Notes: generated by a model from the letters alone, not told the origin. Positions 47,261 through 60,060 are shown, counted from the first letter of the whole stretch. The stretch: DNA of 62,838 nucleotides, filler included, from Perkinsus olseni (GCA_013115125.1; 26 parts of 26 records of this genome joined end to end with filler, not necessarily neighbours in it); one strand, 5' to 3'. Translations and numbers: made by a program.

Positions 47261-48554
47261 GGGGGTGTTCAATATACCTCTCCCTAAACTCGAGAGCGCT
47301 CCCGGGAGCGAAGTTTGGCCGAACGTGTTCAAAAGATCGGCTTCAGAAGCGCTTCCAGGAGTAGTCTGAGGATCGCCCCTGAGCGTGTTCAATAGAATTC
47401 TCGCACGCCCCCAGGATCGCTCCTGGGAGAGCAAATTTCAGGAGACTTCTCACCGCTCCTGAGATCATCTGAGCCTTGAGATTTGCCCTAGCTGGGCGGC
47501 TAAAGAATAACGAAAAGACGAAGTATGATTAATACCTGTCGCTTGACTAAGTTAGATAACAAGGAGTTGAGCCAAAAAAGGTGATGTGATAGAAGTGCTG
47601 TTGGGGGGCTTCGAGGAGAACTTGTGAGATGTCTGTGTCGAGGATTATGGCGGTCTCGTTAGGCCCCCCAACACGACAGCCTCTCGCGAAGCTTCCCGTC
47701 TGGTCGAGCAGTAAGACGGCGTGCTATACACCCGGAGACCCCAAGTTCGATCCGACCTCAGGGCAATTAATAAACATACATGTTATTTGGCGTTTCTCAG
47801 ACGGAGCGATACATGCATCGCTCCCAGGAGCCTTCTTCAAGATCGCTCTTGGACAGCGAGTTTATTGAACAGGAGTTGAGTTCAAGACGCGCTTCGCCGC
47901 ATCGCATCAGTCAACTGGGAGTGTTGGGTGAGACTGTGGTGTAAATTCAAAACCCGAAGACCAGCAGACATCGCCAGGATGTCCCACACGCCTCGGGCCA
48001 GCGGCCAATAAACACCGCAGTCACATTGCCTGGCACGCTGGAAGCCTCGCCCGACGCCGCCATTGGACTTGATCAACACAAGAGTTCAACTTGAGCCAAG
48101 ATGGCTACGGGACTGCTCCTGTCTCTACTTCCGACTATCGACCTGACTACTCGTTAAGTCAAAATGCGCTCGCCCGGGGGATCGATTACACCAACGCAAG
48201 CACACAGGCAATGTCTCCCAGATAACTAACCAAGGGTAAAAGAAAAATTCCCTCGGAACCGGCCCGGAAGACCTACTCACGCCGGGTTCCGCTCCCTACA
48301 ACCACGATCGCAACACATCGTTGCTAGCATGTTGGTCGATTACGGAGGCGCGCGAACAGCTGGCGCACAAACGATGCTTGCTACGCTTGCTTGAACTTGC
48401 TCCAGGCAAAGCCCGGACCTTCACTCTCTCCCCGGAGCGCTCCTAAAAAGTTTCAGGAGCGCGTCTATTGAACGGAATCTCACGAGCGCTCTCCAAAAGC
48501 GCTTTCCAAGAGCGCTCCAGGGAGTGAACTCGACCTTGACTATTGAACACCCCG
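47261..48554. mobile_element. Non-autonomous TIR element, GGGGTGTTCAATA...TATTGAACACCCC, 3-bp TSD ACG, carrying an SL-capped fragment
   Basis: 13-bp TIR; ACG at 47258-47260 and 48555-48557; GTTCA at 47267/47327/47387; TGAAC at 48469/48544; extra internal end-like TATTGAAC at 47863. Confidence 0.78.
48090..48110 (-). other. Genomic relic of the Perkinsus spliced leader followed by a 5'UTR-like stretch and ATG
   Basis: Minus strand CCGTAGCCATCTTGGCTCAAG-TTGAACTC.., no GT donor; ATG at 48063 in AATGGCG context. Confidence 0.85.
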
Positions 48555-48801
48555 ACGTTTTGCGTCAACGATTTGTTTCGGGGCGTAGCGAGTGTGAGCA
48601 GTTTTGATCATCGCTCGCCCTTTAATTCATCTGCTCAGTAACGATAAGATATGCTTGAGTAGTNNNNNNNNNNNNNNNNNNNNNNNNNNNNNNNNNNNNN
48701 NNNNNNNTTAATTAATTAANNNNNNNNNNNNNNNNNNNNNNNNNNNNNNNNNNNNNNNNNNNNCAGGGGCTTCCACTGTCGACCTAACTCACGGAGCCTT
48801 C

Positions 48802-51043
48802 GTGACTCCCCTGGGTGCTGACGGGTCGGGGGACGATGGGAAAGTTGACCTCCCTCCCCTTCCCCGTAGCACAGGCAGGCGTCAGGAGGCCGTTCGAGCG
48901 AGGTCGGTCAATGTTTTCAAGCTCCCACTAGAACACGCAACCTTCGAAGGCCCGACTGACACAGTGCCTTACGCGGTTTTCAAGGGGAGTCTTGAAACGG
49001 CGGTCAAGTTCTATCACATTGAGCATGACCGTGATGTCGTCCTATACATCTTCAGACACCTCGGCCCCAGCCTACGCTCCGAGGTGGTACTCAACTTGAA
49101 TGAAAGCGACCCTTCTTCCTCGGCCGTTTGGTCCTACCTTGATGGCCGTTATGGTTCGACGGACACACCTAACAAGGCCAGTCAGAGGTGGGAGAGCCTC
49201 AAACAGCGTGCTGGCGAACGGGTCGCTGACTATTATTCCCGGGTGAAAGCCGAATGGCTTCTTTTCGGCCAAGTGGTCGGGGTTCAGCTGTCATTATCGA
49301 TCGTATGCGCTAAGTTCATCAACGGCCTCCAACCCCACATCAAACTACCTCTTGAAACTAGCTGCGGGCATCAGTTGGTGAAGCTGACCCTCGAGGAAGC
49401 ACGTGATGCGTCCCTATACCACGAGGGTCGGGCCTCACATGCATCTGCGGGGCCTCCTGACGCGGCTAGCAAGAAAGCACCTCAACAAGGACGGGGACAC
49501 GAAGGAGGTCAAGGAAGACGACGCGCTCCTGAGGCCAGGGATGAGACTCCGGGTCAGGCTGGGTCAGGTACCAAAGACTCAGACCCGGGGAGGGCTCCTC
49601 CTAAAGCTCGTTGTTCTTACTGTACCGCAATGAAGCTACGGGGTGCGGACAAGCATGACGATGCCAACTGTTGGAAAAATCCGGCCAACGCTCACTTGGT
49701 ATCAGAGTGGTACCGCCAGCGGCGAGCGGCTAAGCCTGCTGACAAAGCCTCCAAGGAACAGGCGGCTGCCAGTGGTTCAGGGTCTCCTCCAACGGAAGGG
49801 ACCTTCATGGTCATGAGTGGCCACGAAGGGACCCCGGGTACGAGTCTGCGTGTCGTAGAAGCTTCGATGGAAGGTCCATCGGGGACGACCCGCAGCCTCG
49901 AGCTGCTGATTGATACCGGTTCGGATGTAACTCTGATGTCCTCCAGCCTAGCGGCAATTTTGGGGGCCAAAGTCCATCCCCTGGTAGGCTCCAAGGCACT
50001 TCGTGCGGCTGGATGTTACGGCACTATTTCAGTCGTAGGAACGGCCACGGTGCGACTGTCGGTACGGGACGTCAAGGGCATTCCTCACGCATTTTCACTA
50101 TCCGTCGAAGTCGCAGATGGTCTCAACGAATGCCTCACGAATCGGACTATCCTCATCGGCATGAAAACCATGCGCAAGATGGGCGGCCGGTTGGACGTGG
50201 TCAAGGATGCCTTTTACTGTGGCGTGCTCCATGCTCACTGGCCCATGAAGCCCTTCTCGGGCGCTACGGTTAACACGGTCACGGATGGTCCCCCCAAGAG
50301 GCTGGCGCTCCCGACGCAGGCAGTGGTTGACGAAAGGCTTAAGGGCTGGACCTTCCCCAAAGTGACGGCCAACCTCAAGCCAGATGCCGTTCGACCCTGC
50401 CCGCGGCGCCCTTACCTGGGGAGCAAGCGCGAGATGGTTGCACTTTCACTCTTGGTGGCGAACCTGGCCAAGGCTGGTGTCGTTGAACACCTTACCCGTG
50501 AGCAGGTGGAGGCACGCGGCGTCTGGATTTCGCCTGCCTTCGCGGTACCTAAGGTCGACGACGCTCGCGATCCCGAGGAGTTGACCGCGGATAACGTCGA
50601 AAAGTTATATCGTCTCGTCGTAGATGAGCGGTCGGTGAACTCTTCGGTCCAAGATCTACTCCCCAACTGGAAGACCTACATGCGTCCGGTGGAAGCATGT
50701 ATCTCGGAGCTACCTTCACGGGATATATGGTATGCTTCCGTCGACGTAGCACAGGCCTTTTTCAACCTGGAGTATCATGATGACTGTGCCTACCTGTTTG
50801 GGTTTTCCTACTATGGCGCCGGGGTCGACGGGGGAACACCAGACACGTTGCGGTATGCGGTTTTCCGTCGGATGACAATGGGATTCAAGCTGTCTTCCTT
50901 CTATTGGGCCTTTTCGGTCCATTCACTCCTAACAACGGCACTTCCGGAGGTATATAGAACAGATGGCCTCACCCATATTCTGGATTTCGTCGACGACATA
51001 CTCGTATGGTCAGACTTCATCGACGAGTGCTTTGCTCTGAAAA
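48802..51043 (+). mobile_element. Ty3/Gypsy-like LTR retrotransposon gag-pol fragment
   Basis: Gag LKQRAGERVADY; knuckle CSYC-x10-H-x4-C; protease LIDTGS; RT WISPAFAVPK..YRLVVD..VDVAQAFF..MTMG..FVDDILV. Confidence 0.9.
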
Positions 51044-51143
51044 NNNNNNNNNNNNNNNNNNNNNNNNNNNNNNNNNNNNNNNNNNNNTTAATTAATTAAN
51101 NNNNNNNNNNNNNNNNNNNNNNNNNNNNNNNNNNNNNNNNNNN

Positions 51144-52023
51144 TGCGGCACATGGCGAGGATCTCATCAATCTCGTTGGTATCGAAGTTACTCACACCAA
51201 TAGATCGGACCTGGCATGACACTGTGAGGATGAAGGATGCAGCTTCGCAGCTGCTCACCAATCCATCATCGACGCACTTCTCCAACTCCCTCCAAGTATC
51301 GATCAGCTTCAAACTCGGCATTGCGTCAAGCTGGCCCTTCTCATTCCTCGGCCACATCCAGTTGGGACTGAGGAGTTGAACGCCTTAGTCGGACTACCGA
51401 AAAACCAATGAACCGCTATGTGCGGCAACCTACTCTTTGGCTGGGTCGTGCGTCGCAAGTGGGCAGGGGTAATGCATCAACATCTGGTCAACATAGTCGA
51501 GATTAAGTTCCTTGAGGCACTGTTCAACCACCGGTCGGACGAGGTCAGGACGATAGTGGATCATCCACAACTTGGTGGTGACGAAGAGCTCCTCTCGAGT
51601 TACGATACCCTCCTCGATCGCCTTCTTGATGCCCTCGCCGACGCCGCGGTGGTTCTCGTAACTGAAAAGAGAACCATGTCGAGCTTCCTCTGTGTTTGCC
51701 GAGTGAACGACCAGTCATATGTCTCACAGGAAAGCAGTATCGATGTAGCGATAACCCGCCTTGATACCGGCCACAACGGTGGTGGGAGCTACGTCATCGG
51801 GAGTGAGGTAAGTACCCAAGCCGATAAGAGGCATATTCATCCCGTTGTTAAGGGTCACGCTGGGCACCTAAGATCCGACAGCATCGTACGAGCAATCCCA
51901 TCGACGACCGCCAACTGCACGATAAACAACTAAGTTCCATTCGTGACTCCCCTGGTACTTCCTCCGCCAAGCAAGGCGCCCGAGAAGGATTCTACCACGA
52001 CTTACCTGCTGTTGACTGGACAT
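51144..52023 (-). CDS. Aldo/keto reductase, spliced, 3'-truncated
   Basis: Exons give MSSQQQ/VPSVTLNNGMNMPLIGLGT..GYRYIDTAF/..YENH..REELFVTTKLW..LDYVDQMLMHYP..WRELEKCVDDGL/VRSIGVSNF, with GT-AG introns. Confidence 0.93.
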
Positions 52024-53510
52024 GGTTGGGTGGACGGACCGGGGCTAACTAAGGATGTTCAACTACCAAAACAAAATTGAATCGAGATGAGATCCATGAT
52101 GGCCCAGCTCATCCCTTCGCTCTGTGATGACTTAGTAACGCGATACAGGGCCATTTTCGGGACTCCTAGACGAGAAGAGCGAAAGAGTAGAGAATGCGGG
52201 TATTGAAAAAGACGGGTTTTTGAAGCAGATCAACGGGTCACGTCTCGTTTGGCGAGCGAGGACTCAGCATAGGATAAATGCGCGTGCCTGGACCGATGGA
52301 TAGAGGAAAAATTGTCAGACTAGGGAGCATGCCGATGCGGTTCGGCACAGCTCGGTGCCGATTTGAGATCGGAAGCGCAGAAGAGTATGATTCTCATGGT
52401 CCTCCGAGAGAAATCAGCTACGCACGCACGTGCAAGGTCTAACCGATGATGCACCGCATACGATGATGTCGACACGAGTCGGACTAGCCATGTGACGAGG
52501 CCTCCGGGGACTACGGGATTCTGAGTCCCCTCGAGGGAACTCCGGAGGCGGAGGAGATCACGTAACCTCGACATTGAGGATAACCTCAGAACTAGGACAC
52601 TCGATGACGGTAAGTGTCAGTGACACTGCGTTGCCTCGGTAAAGTGACTTGGCCGTGGGCACGTGAGGCATTTCACGAGGAAGCAATGGTCCACGCCGAG
52701 TAATCCACGTTGATTAACTGTTAGAATAGTAGCGGGTGGCTTCGCGGTTGGCGAGGAAACCCAATCGATTGCCATCACATCCTCCAACTTTACCAAAAGC
52801 TCCCCAGTGAGTGGCACTTCTCACGAGGAAGCTATCAAACTGGCCGAGTCCGACACCGTAGGCAAGCCTGCCTCAACGGGCGAACAACCGCTGATGCGGC
52901 GATAATAACAAGTGGAGTCTAGTCTCGTTCGGCCCAACCACCGCGCACGCATGCGCACGGATTTTTTTCCTGTGGAAGCTGGCCGCTGTTCCGCCGGCAT
53001 GAGCCGAGGCACGAGGCAGTGAGGAACAGCCCGGCTTCAAACGGGCCCCGTGCGTGCTCAGCATGCTTCTCCACGCTCATAACGGTCTTCCCTCTTCCCT
53101 CGACTTCCCAAGTCGCTATCATTCACTTCTCTTTTGGCAATGATATTTCTGCACACTGTAGGAGCCAAGGTTGCGCCGTGATATAGATGGTGGGCCACAT
53201 ATAATGAACTCAACAAGACAGTCACAATCCGTGTATAGGAATCCGGAATACGGCACTTTCAACTTACAACAGCGCCACTAAGCACGGCAAGGCGAGTGCC
53301 AGACATAAGTCAACGAGAGTAGGGAAATAGTGGACAGTGATGTAATAATTCGTCGGACTGATCGAACCCGTGGTTTGGTGGCCCCTCGAGACTAGACAAC
53401 TCGGAACTCCNNNNNNNNNNNNNNNNNNNNNNNNNNNNNNNNNNNNNNNNNNNNTTAATTAATTAANNNNNNNNNNNNNNNNNNNNNNNNNNNNNNNNNN
53501 NNNNNNNNNN

Positions 53511-53645
53511 TAACAACGCGACCCACGCCTCTGGCCTGCATGCTCTATGATCATCTATTAACAACGCGACCCACGCCTCTGGCCTGCATGCTCTATGATC
53601 ATCTATTAACAACGCGACCCACGCCTCTGGCCTGCATGCTCTATG
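53511..53645. repeat. 48-bp minisatellite, about 2.8 perfect copies, at contig start
   Basis: TAACAACGCGACCCACGCCTCTGGCCTGCATGCTCTATGATCATCTAT starting at 53511, 53559 and 53607. Confidence 0.95.
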
Positions 53646-54398
53646 CCCTCCAAGATGCATGATCGATGATGATGATGAAGGATGTTGTAGATGCTGGTGC
53701 TCTCCACTGGTCACCAGTAGTTTGCGCGGTCAGCTTCGACTGTTTGCGCACCACCAGGTGGTGACCACCTTACAAGTTGCCCTTCTCCGCCGCAGACTAT
53801 ACGTCCTATCCTCCGAACCTGTTTTTCCCTCTGACATCTCCTCCTACTCCACAGTTTACGTCCATGCGGGTATCTCCATCATAATCCTCTCCAGTGCACT
53901 CCGTACTTTGATTCTCCACTCAGCATCGTCACTATCTTCGTCGACATCGGGTCGATTATCATTGCTGTAGTGATTATCCGTTGATATCATGGTCATCATA
54001 AACATGGTTATTGGGTAAAACTACGAGCAGCAGCATTCCTGCTATTACTGTGATGATGATTGTTAGAACAATAGCATCAGCAGCAGCAGCAGCCGCCGAG
54101 TGGTACTGGGGTATCATTATTACAACACAACAGAAAGTATTAAAGGAGGACTGGTAAGCTACTGTGGTTGCTATTGCAACTGCTGCTTCGCTTGTCACCA
54201 CGTGTAGTGGAAAAATGATGATCATCAACATGCTTACGATGAGTCGTAGTCGGCATCACTGTCGTGTATGGATTCAATGCTTCCCGTCAGACTATCCATC
54301 TCACGTTTGTTACCAAGATGATTCAAGTTCACGTATCTGATAGGAGAACATCATCATCCTCGGCATCGGTAGTAGTAGTAATGATGGTGTCGATAATA

Positions 54399-54758
54399 CA
54401 GGGTGTTCCAATTCGATATGCAAATCACAAAAATCAGTCTAATTCAGCACATACTACGTGTTTGAGGCTGAAACTTGAGTATGATATGCACTAACATATT
54501 TATGATTAAGTCTTTTGATATCAGCTAATCGATCGACCGTTTCACTTACCTGAGGGCGCGCGAAAAAAATTCTCACCAGGTAGCCGTGCCAATTCGTTAT
54601 GCAACACAGTTCTTGATCGCGTCTAATGGCCCGTGGAACCTTCCTTTCTGACGAAGAACGCTCCACTATCATCAAGGGTCTTGCCGCCGGTGATTCTCCG
54701 GTGGAAATAGCCAAAAAACTCGCCAGAGATCCGCGTACAGTGAAACGCTTTATTGCCG
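54399..54758 (+). mobile_element. Left part of a Tc3-like transposon with transposase N-terminal HTH (ATG 54626), truncated
   Basis: TA|CAGGGTG TIR; MARGTFLSDEERSTIIKGLAAGDSPVEIAKKLARDPRTVKRFIA resembles the Tc3 N-terminal HTH. Confidence 0.88.
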
Positions 54759-54826
54759 TACCCGGGGATCGAACCCGGAATCTCCACCTTAGGAGGGTGG
54801 CGCCTTATCCATAGGGTCAGCAGGGC
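54754..54826 (-). tRNA. trnR-CCT: tRNA-Arg(CCT), slightly degenerate (possible pseudogene)
   Basis: GCCCTGC TG ACCC TATGGATA AGGC G CCACC CTCCTAA GGTGG AGATT CCGGG TTCGATC CCCGG GTACGGC A: perfect anticodon and T stems, one C-C mismatch in the acceptor stem, weak D stem. Confidence 0.85.
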
Positions 54827-54898
54827 GAACGAAAAGATACCAAAGACGGCAGGCGGCCCAAGACGATCCACGTTAATACTTCGACACCATAAACTGAC

Positions 54899-55600
54899 CT
54901 TTTTTTTGAGCTCCGGTCTCATTCCTCCTCCTTGGTCACTAATTTTCATGATAACATCAAATTCACCTAGCACCAAGATCCTCCCACCCTCCTCCTCCTC
55001 CTCCTCATCATCATGCTTTTACCTTTATGAAACTCAACTGTTACTGGTGGTATATCATCATCGTCCAATACTATAAAATTAGCATCCCCACCATCACTAC
55101 CGGTATTCCTCCTTTCACCTTGAACTCGTTCTATTGATGATCTATTATAAAGATAAAAGCATCACAAAGATTCCTCAGTAATTACTACCTCAGACTATTC
55201 TTGAGGATCTCCTGTGCTATATAAGCGATATGTTCGGGTATGTGGGCAAAAGAGAAGTCAACCTCACCCAGCAGTTTAACCTTACATCAGACATTGTTTT
55301 CGCTACTCATTTGTAACTATCACTACTACCTTTGGACTAACACCATACAGTGATTTACATAAGATTGACAAGCTCGATGCAACATCCCGTACGATAATGC
55401 CAGGAGTACAATTCTGATGATAACAAGTTAGTAGACTATGCAGACTTGTCCAGGTTGTGGTCCATTACTACCACTTACACTAACTAGGCCATGAGCAGTA
55501 CAAGGGGATACTGTTGCACCGTCCTCCCGATGATCATGATGATCTTTTTCTTCGTCATGATGTCTACGTACCCCATCATGTAAGGCTGTATAATGATCTG
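54899..55600 (-). CDS. Pyruvate dehydrogenase / BCKDH kinase-like (GHKL ATPase) exons, partial
   Basis: FAHIPEHIAYIAQEILKNSLR (N box) and VLGEFDVIMKISDQGGG (G1 box) in separate exons; no G2 box found downstream. Confidence 0.7.
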
Positions 55601-55639
55601 ATGCGTGATATCTCCACACATGAAGATGATAGGAAGTGC

Positions 55640-55774
55640 TGTTGTTGTTGTTGTTGTTGTTGTTAGTACTACTACTACTACTACTACTACTCCTACTCCT
55701 CCTACTCCTACTCCTCCTACTCCTACTCCTCCTACTCCTACTCCTCCTACTCCTACTCCTCCTACTCCTACTCC
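55640..55774. repeat. Compound microsatellite (GTT)n(ACT)n(CCTACTCCTACTCCT)n
   Basis: Directly visible. Confidence 0.95.
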
Positions 55775-55874
55775 NNNNNNNNNNNNNNNNNNNNNNNNNN
55801 NNNNNNNNNNNNNNNNNNTTAATTAATTAANNNNNNNNNNNNNNNNNNNNNNNNNNNNNNNNNNNNNNNNNNNN

Positions 55875-55942
<68 letters not shown>

Positions 55943-55949
55943 GCTCACC

Positions 55950-56620
55950 TGACTATTGGCTTGGTATTAGCCTTAGTGAACTCTACAACAGTCTGAGGGC
56001 TGGCCATCGAGTTAGGATTCAACTGGATAGGCCGATCACCATTGGCTACGACGAAGGCCGGCATCAGATTACTTGAAAACTTATACCTGGCAATAAGCAC
56101 CTAGAGGTGCTAGAAAGCACTACTACACCCACTTTTGATAAATGCTCTTGCCAGTATCAGGCAAGGGCTCATGACAGTCCATTGTGTATGTCGAAGCTAT
56201 CCCCCGTAAATCCCTGTCAGTCTCCTTCAGAACCTAGTTGTGGACAGCACCGATACAAACCGTTGTAGCCCAGCCTGATAGCTATTACTGGAGGAACCTT
56301 ATTCACCTTCATAGACTTATCGAAGCAGTACACTAGGGCAGGGTCGCCTGATAGCAATACCTGCATGATGAGCTACTGCATCATCTGGGTTCATTGCTGC
56401 TGCTGTAACTCTACCTGTCTGAGTGCAGGGGCATCGTTGATATCAACATGCTTGAACCCAGCGGCGAAGAAGTCGTATATGGTAAAAACCTGAAGGAGGC
56501 CGTCCTGCCCCGAGTGATACCAACATCATCACTGTCCGTTACTTACTGTAGAGAGAGCCCCAGCACTGAAGAGAGATAAAAACAACAAGCCAATAGAGGC
56601 CTTCTTCCAAGTGAACTGAA
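55950..56620 (-). CDS. Spliced hypothetical protein fragment with one hydrophobic segment
   Basis: Short exons (FTWKKASIGLLFLSLFSAGALST / VFTIYDFFAAGFKHVDINDAPALRQ / VLLSGDPALVYC..) bounded by GT-AG. Confidence 0.4.
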
Positions 56621-58067
56621 AAGCGTCATTATCATCATCATCACTTGGAGGAGGGCGGGGCAGATGTAGGTATCGGCAGTATGAGACTGTGTATAAGTGA
56701 CAGGCACTAGGCCTTAAAACCTACACCTTCCGAGTCTCTCGAACGTCTAGCCGCTGCCTTCTGAGCTGCTGCCAGCGCCCTCTCTTGAGACTTGCTCTTA
56801 CTCTCCCTGAACCCATACCACTCTAGCCACAGCAAATGAATGGTTGACTCACGATGAATCATGTCCCGGATCATTAGCATAGTATATACCACCCTTCCCG
56901 CTAGGCTCCTGTTGCTGGTGTCTGCTACGCTGGTGAGCTTTCTGTCCACCCCCTGTCGATGACTCTGTCTTGAAGGACTCGAAGAGGGCACGCTGAAGGG
57001 CATATGCTGATGATGGGCATGGTATGATGCATGTAGTCTCGACCCTCACCTTATCATCTCCTACAGCATACCTATCAGCATCATCATCACCAAATGAGTT
57101 GGCAAGGTCCTCCTTCCGTGTAGGAGCATCAGCGTCAGTAGCCCTTCCACCACCATGGGCTCTTCGAGAGCGAGGTGGGGCCATTGGTATGTAAGTAAAC
57201 TACGGTCAGAAATGCTAGAACCCTTCTGCTGTATTTTGCTCTCCTCAAGTGCCGGTAGTGAGTAATAGAAACAGGAATGAGAGAATGTAAAATGCACGAT
57301 AACTGGTCACTAAGCACATACTGTATACTAATGCACTCATCAACATCATAGACATCAGCAGCAGCAGCAGCCGATGCTAGATAGTACGTCACAAGAGGCA
57401 TCATCCGATACTCTCTACTTTTGTTCTTTTCTCGCTGCCAGCAGTGGAGACCGTCGTTCATAAGCCGCTAGGGAGACTAGACGATAGTGCATCATGTACG
57501 AAGTTGCCGTATGCTATGACATCCTCGAGTACGCCTCGATTGCTCTTGCTGTTTGGATTACTGTGGGACTTGGTATCGTCACCATCATTACCCGCTTGAA
57601 AAGATGGGCCAGATGGGGCAGTAGGAGCAGTACGGTGCTCCTCCATCATCATCCAACTACGAAGGCATCATACGGCCACTGATGACGACAACGACGCTGC
57701 GGCCTTACCTCAGGTTGAGGCCATGAAATTGCCGCTGGTATCTCTTAGTGTAGTCACTGTATGTGATAGCCCGACTAATACGGTCCTAAGCGTTGGCATG
57801 ATGAGGCCCAGTACTATGTACACCTAGATGATGATATAGCTACTACCGCATCGAAGGCTAGTATGAGGGCTGCTGGGTTCTTCAGGAGGAGGGATACACT
57901 ATCTTGAATGCATCGATGATCTGCTGAGGAATGCAGTGGTATAAACCAGCACGCTGGCAATGGAGACCATGCCTACATTCACTATCACCGTACTCATCTT
58001 TGCCACCATCACTATAGTCATTAGCCTCTCTCTTTACATAGGCTAAAAGTTGGAGTACAGTTTCTCG

Positions 58068-58134
<67 letters not shown>

Positions 58135-58234
58135 NNNNNNNNNNNNNNNNNNNNNNNNNNNNNNNNNNNNNNNNNNNNTTAATTAATTAANNNNNNNNNN
58201 NNNNNNNNNNNNNNNNNNNNNNNNNNNNNNNNNN

Positions 58235-59301
58235 AGCTAATATCCGCTGTCCATACCAAAACAAAGCATTCTCATACGAGTAAGACCCCGGCATGCCCAT
58301 ATGCCTCAGCTGATGGCGATGATTCATCCATCTCGAGCCCACCAACAAGCGTGACATTCTGGTTACATTAGTATCCAGTACAACCGAGGTGAGTCCGCTG
58401 ACACCACCGTGACTGAAGGCCCTCATCAGATCCCAGTGCGGGAAGTTCACATCATCGCTCTTAGAATCGTAAGACTCGTATCCGAGAAGGTTGATGGTGT
58501 CTTTGCCATAGCCAAAACGGAGTATAGTAACCCATATAGGGTACATACTGTCATACATGAAGTGCCCAACATTCCAAGTCCACATCAACGAGAAGTACAC
58601 TGATATACCATCCAGGGCGGAGATGTCACCTTTGGTAATAGTAGCTCTCCAAGATACAAAACCTTCCTCGCCATCTGCGAATATAATCTCCGGCTGAAAT
58701 CTACGGAAAGTGATCCCCCGTTGGCATCCATTAGTGAGTTCCCTTATAGTATCCTCAGTGACGGGTATGCCAGTATCCTCATGATAGGTGATAGGGGAGT
58801 TGTGGTATTGTAATGCCTTACCATCATAAGGTGCCCTCATTATATTACCTCTTAATAACGGATTTGATGGTAATAGGATGTAAAATGTATCATCAGTTTT
58901 ATCATAGTATATATTATCAAATGCACATGATCTATTCCGATGCCAACCAACACATTGTATTCTTGACCATTCTACCCCGTCACCAGCACCAGCACCAGCA
59001 CCAGCACCAGCAGGAGGAGGGGATATATACTCGATAAATGATGGCCTACCACTCATACTGTCTGTTAGATTACCACCAGTTACCACCGCAGCCATAGCAT
59101 CATCACCCAACCCAGGAATGATCGGATACCCCAATATAGAAGTTCCCAGAGTCATGAGAGCAGCAGCGCCACCACTACAGGACCAGTAGACTTGGAGGAA
59201 TATCCAGGTACCAAAAAGAGTGAGAACCACGCCCATGATGATGATGATGATGATGATGATGATGCCAATCGACGGCAACTTCATCATCACACCGTGGGGG
59301 A

Positions 59302-59333
<32 letters not shown>

Positions 59334-59371
59334 CCGATGACCGACATGTTGGTAATGAAGACGGCTGCCAA
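58235..59371 (-). CDS. Type II membrane glycosyltransferase, GT61-like (EOGT/POMGNT2 group), 3'-truncated
   Basis: N-terminal TM helix; RSCAFDNIYYD and WNVGHFMYDSMYP match the GT61 pattern (RxCxFxNxxY; NxxHxxxD). Confidence 0.65.
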
Positions 59372-60060
59372 GATCGAACATCATCGTAGTGATAGGAAAA
59401 CACAACACCGAACACGTCAAGAGAGAACGTCAAAAACAACGAGGGTCGTAGGAGGAGAGTAGAGTCCGGAGATGGAAAAATGAGGCTCTCATGGCACGAG
59501 ATGGCAGAATGGCTCAGTACAGCGTGAATAGTTCGACGTCCGCTGCCGTTCTCGCACCATCTTGAATTAGGCCTCGTGATGATTTGAGCATCGACCACTC
59601 GGCCGTCCTGAGCTGCTTCACTATCCTATGTTTTACACTGCATCACTTGGTGCCACTCTTATGACGTGACGGTACACTAAACGCTCAGTTTCAGACTCGA
59701 CGATGAACATCACGGATACAACGGTCTGCCGCTGACGACCCCAATGACCATCACCACCACCACCACCACCACCTGCTCAGATTGGCGGACATGCTTTGAT
59801 CACAATGCTCGCATAGCTACTCCAAAGCGGGACCAATAAACCTGAGTAGAAGGTAGCCTGAACTGCCCTCATGATGATGACGATGACAACATGATGGAGA
59901 CATGGTTGAAGATAATAGAAACAGATCCCAACAACGCAAGGCCGTTCATAATCAAGGACGTGACGAAAAATTGAATATTGCGATGTAAGCCTTGTATTAC
60001 GAAGAGGTAAGGCAAAGATTATTGAAACGAAACTCCTTAGTGGAGAGAAGAGCGTTAACG

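Noticed and set aside
47566-47580. Third SL relic (GTTGAGCCAAAAAAG)
   Set aside because: Only about 9 nt match; compatible with chance.
25710-48110. The two SL matches as SL RNA genes
   Set aside because: Neither has a GT donor after the exon, and they share no upstream or downstream sequence.
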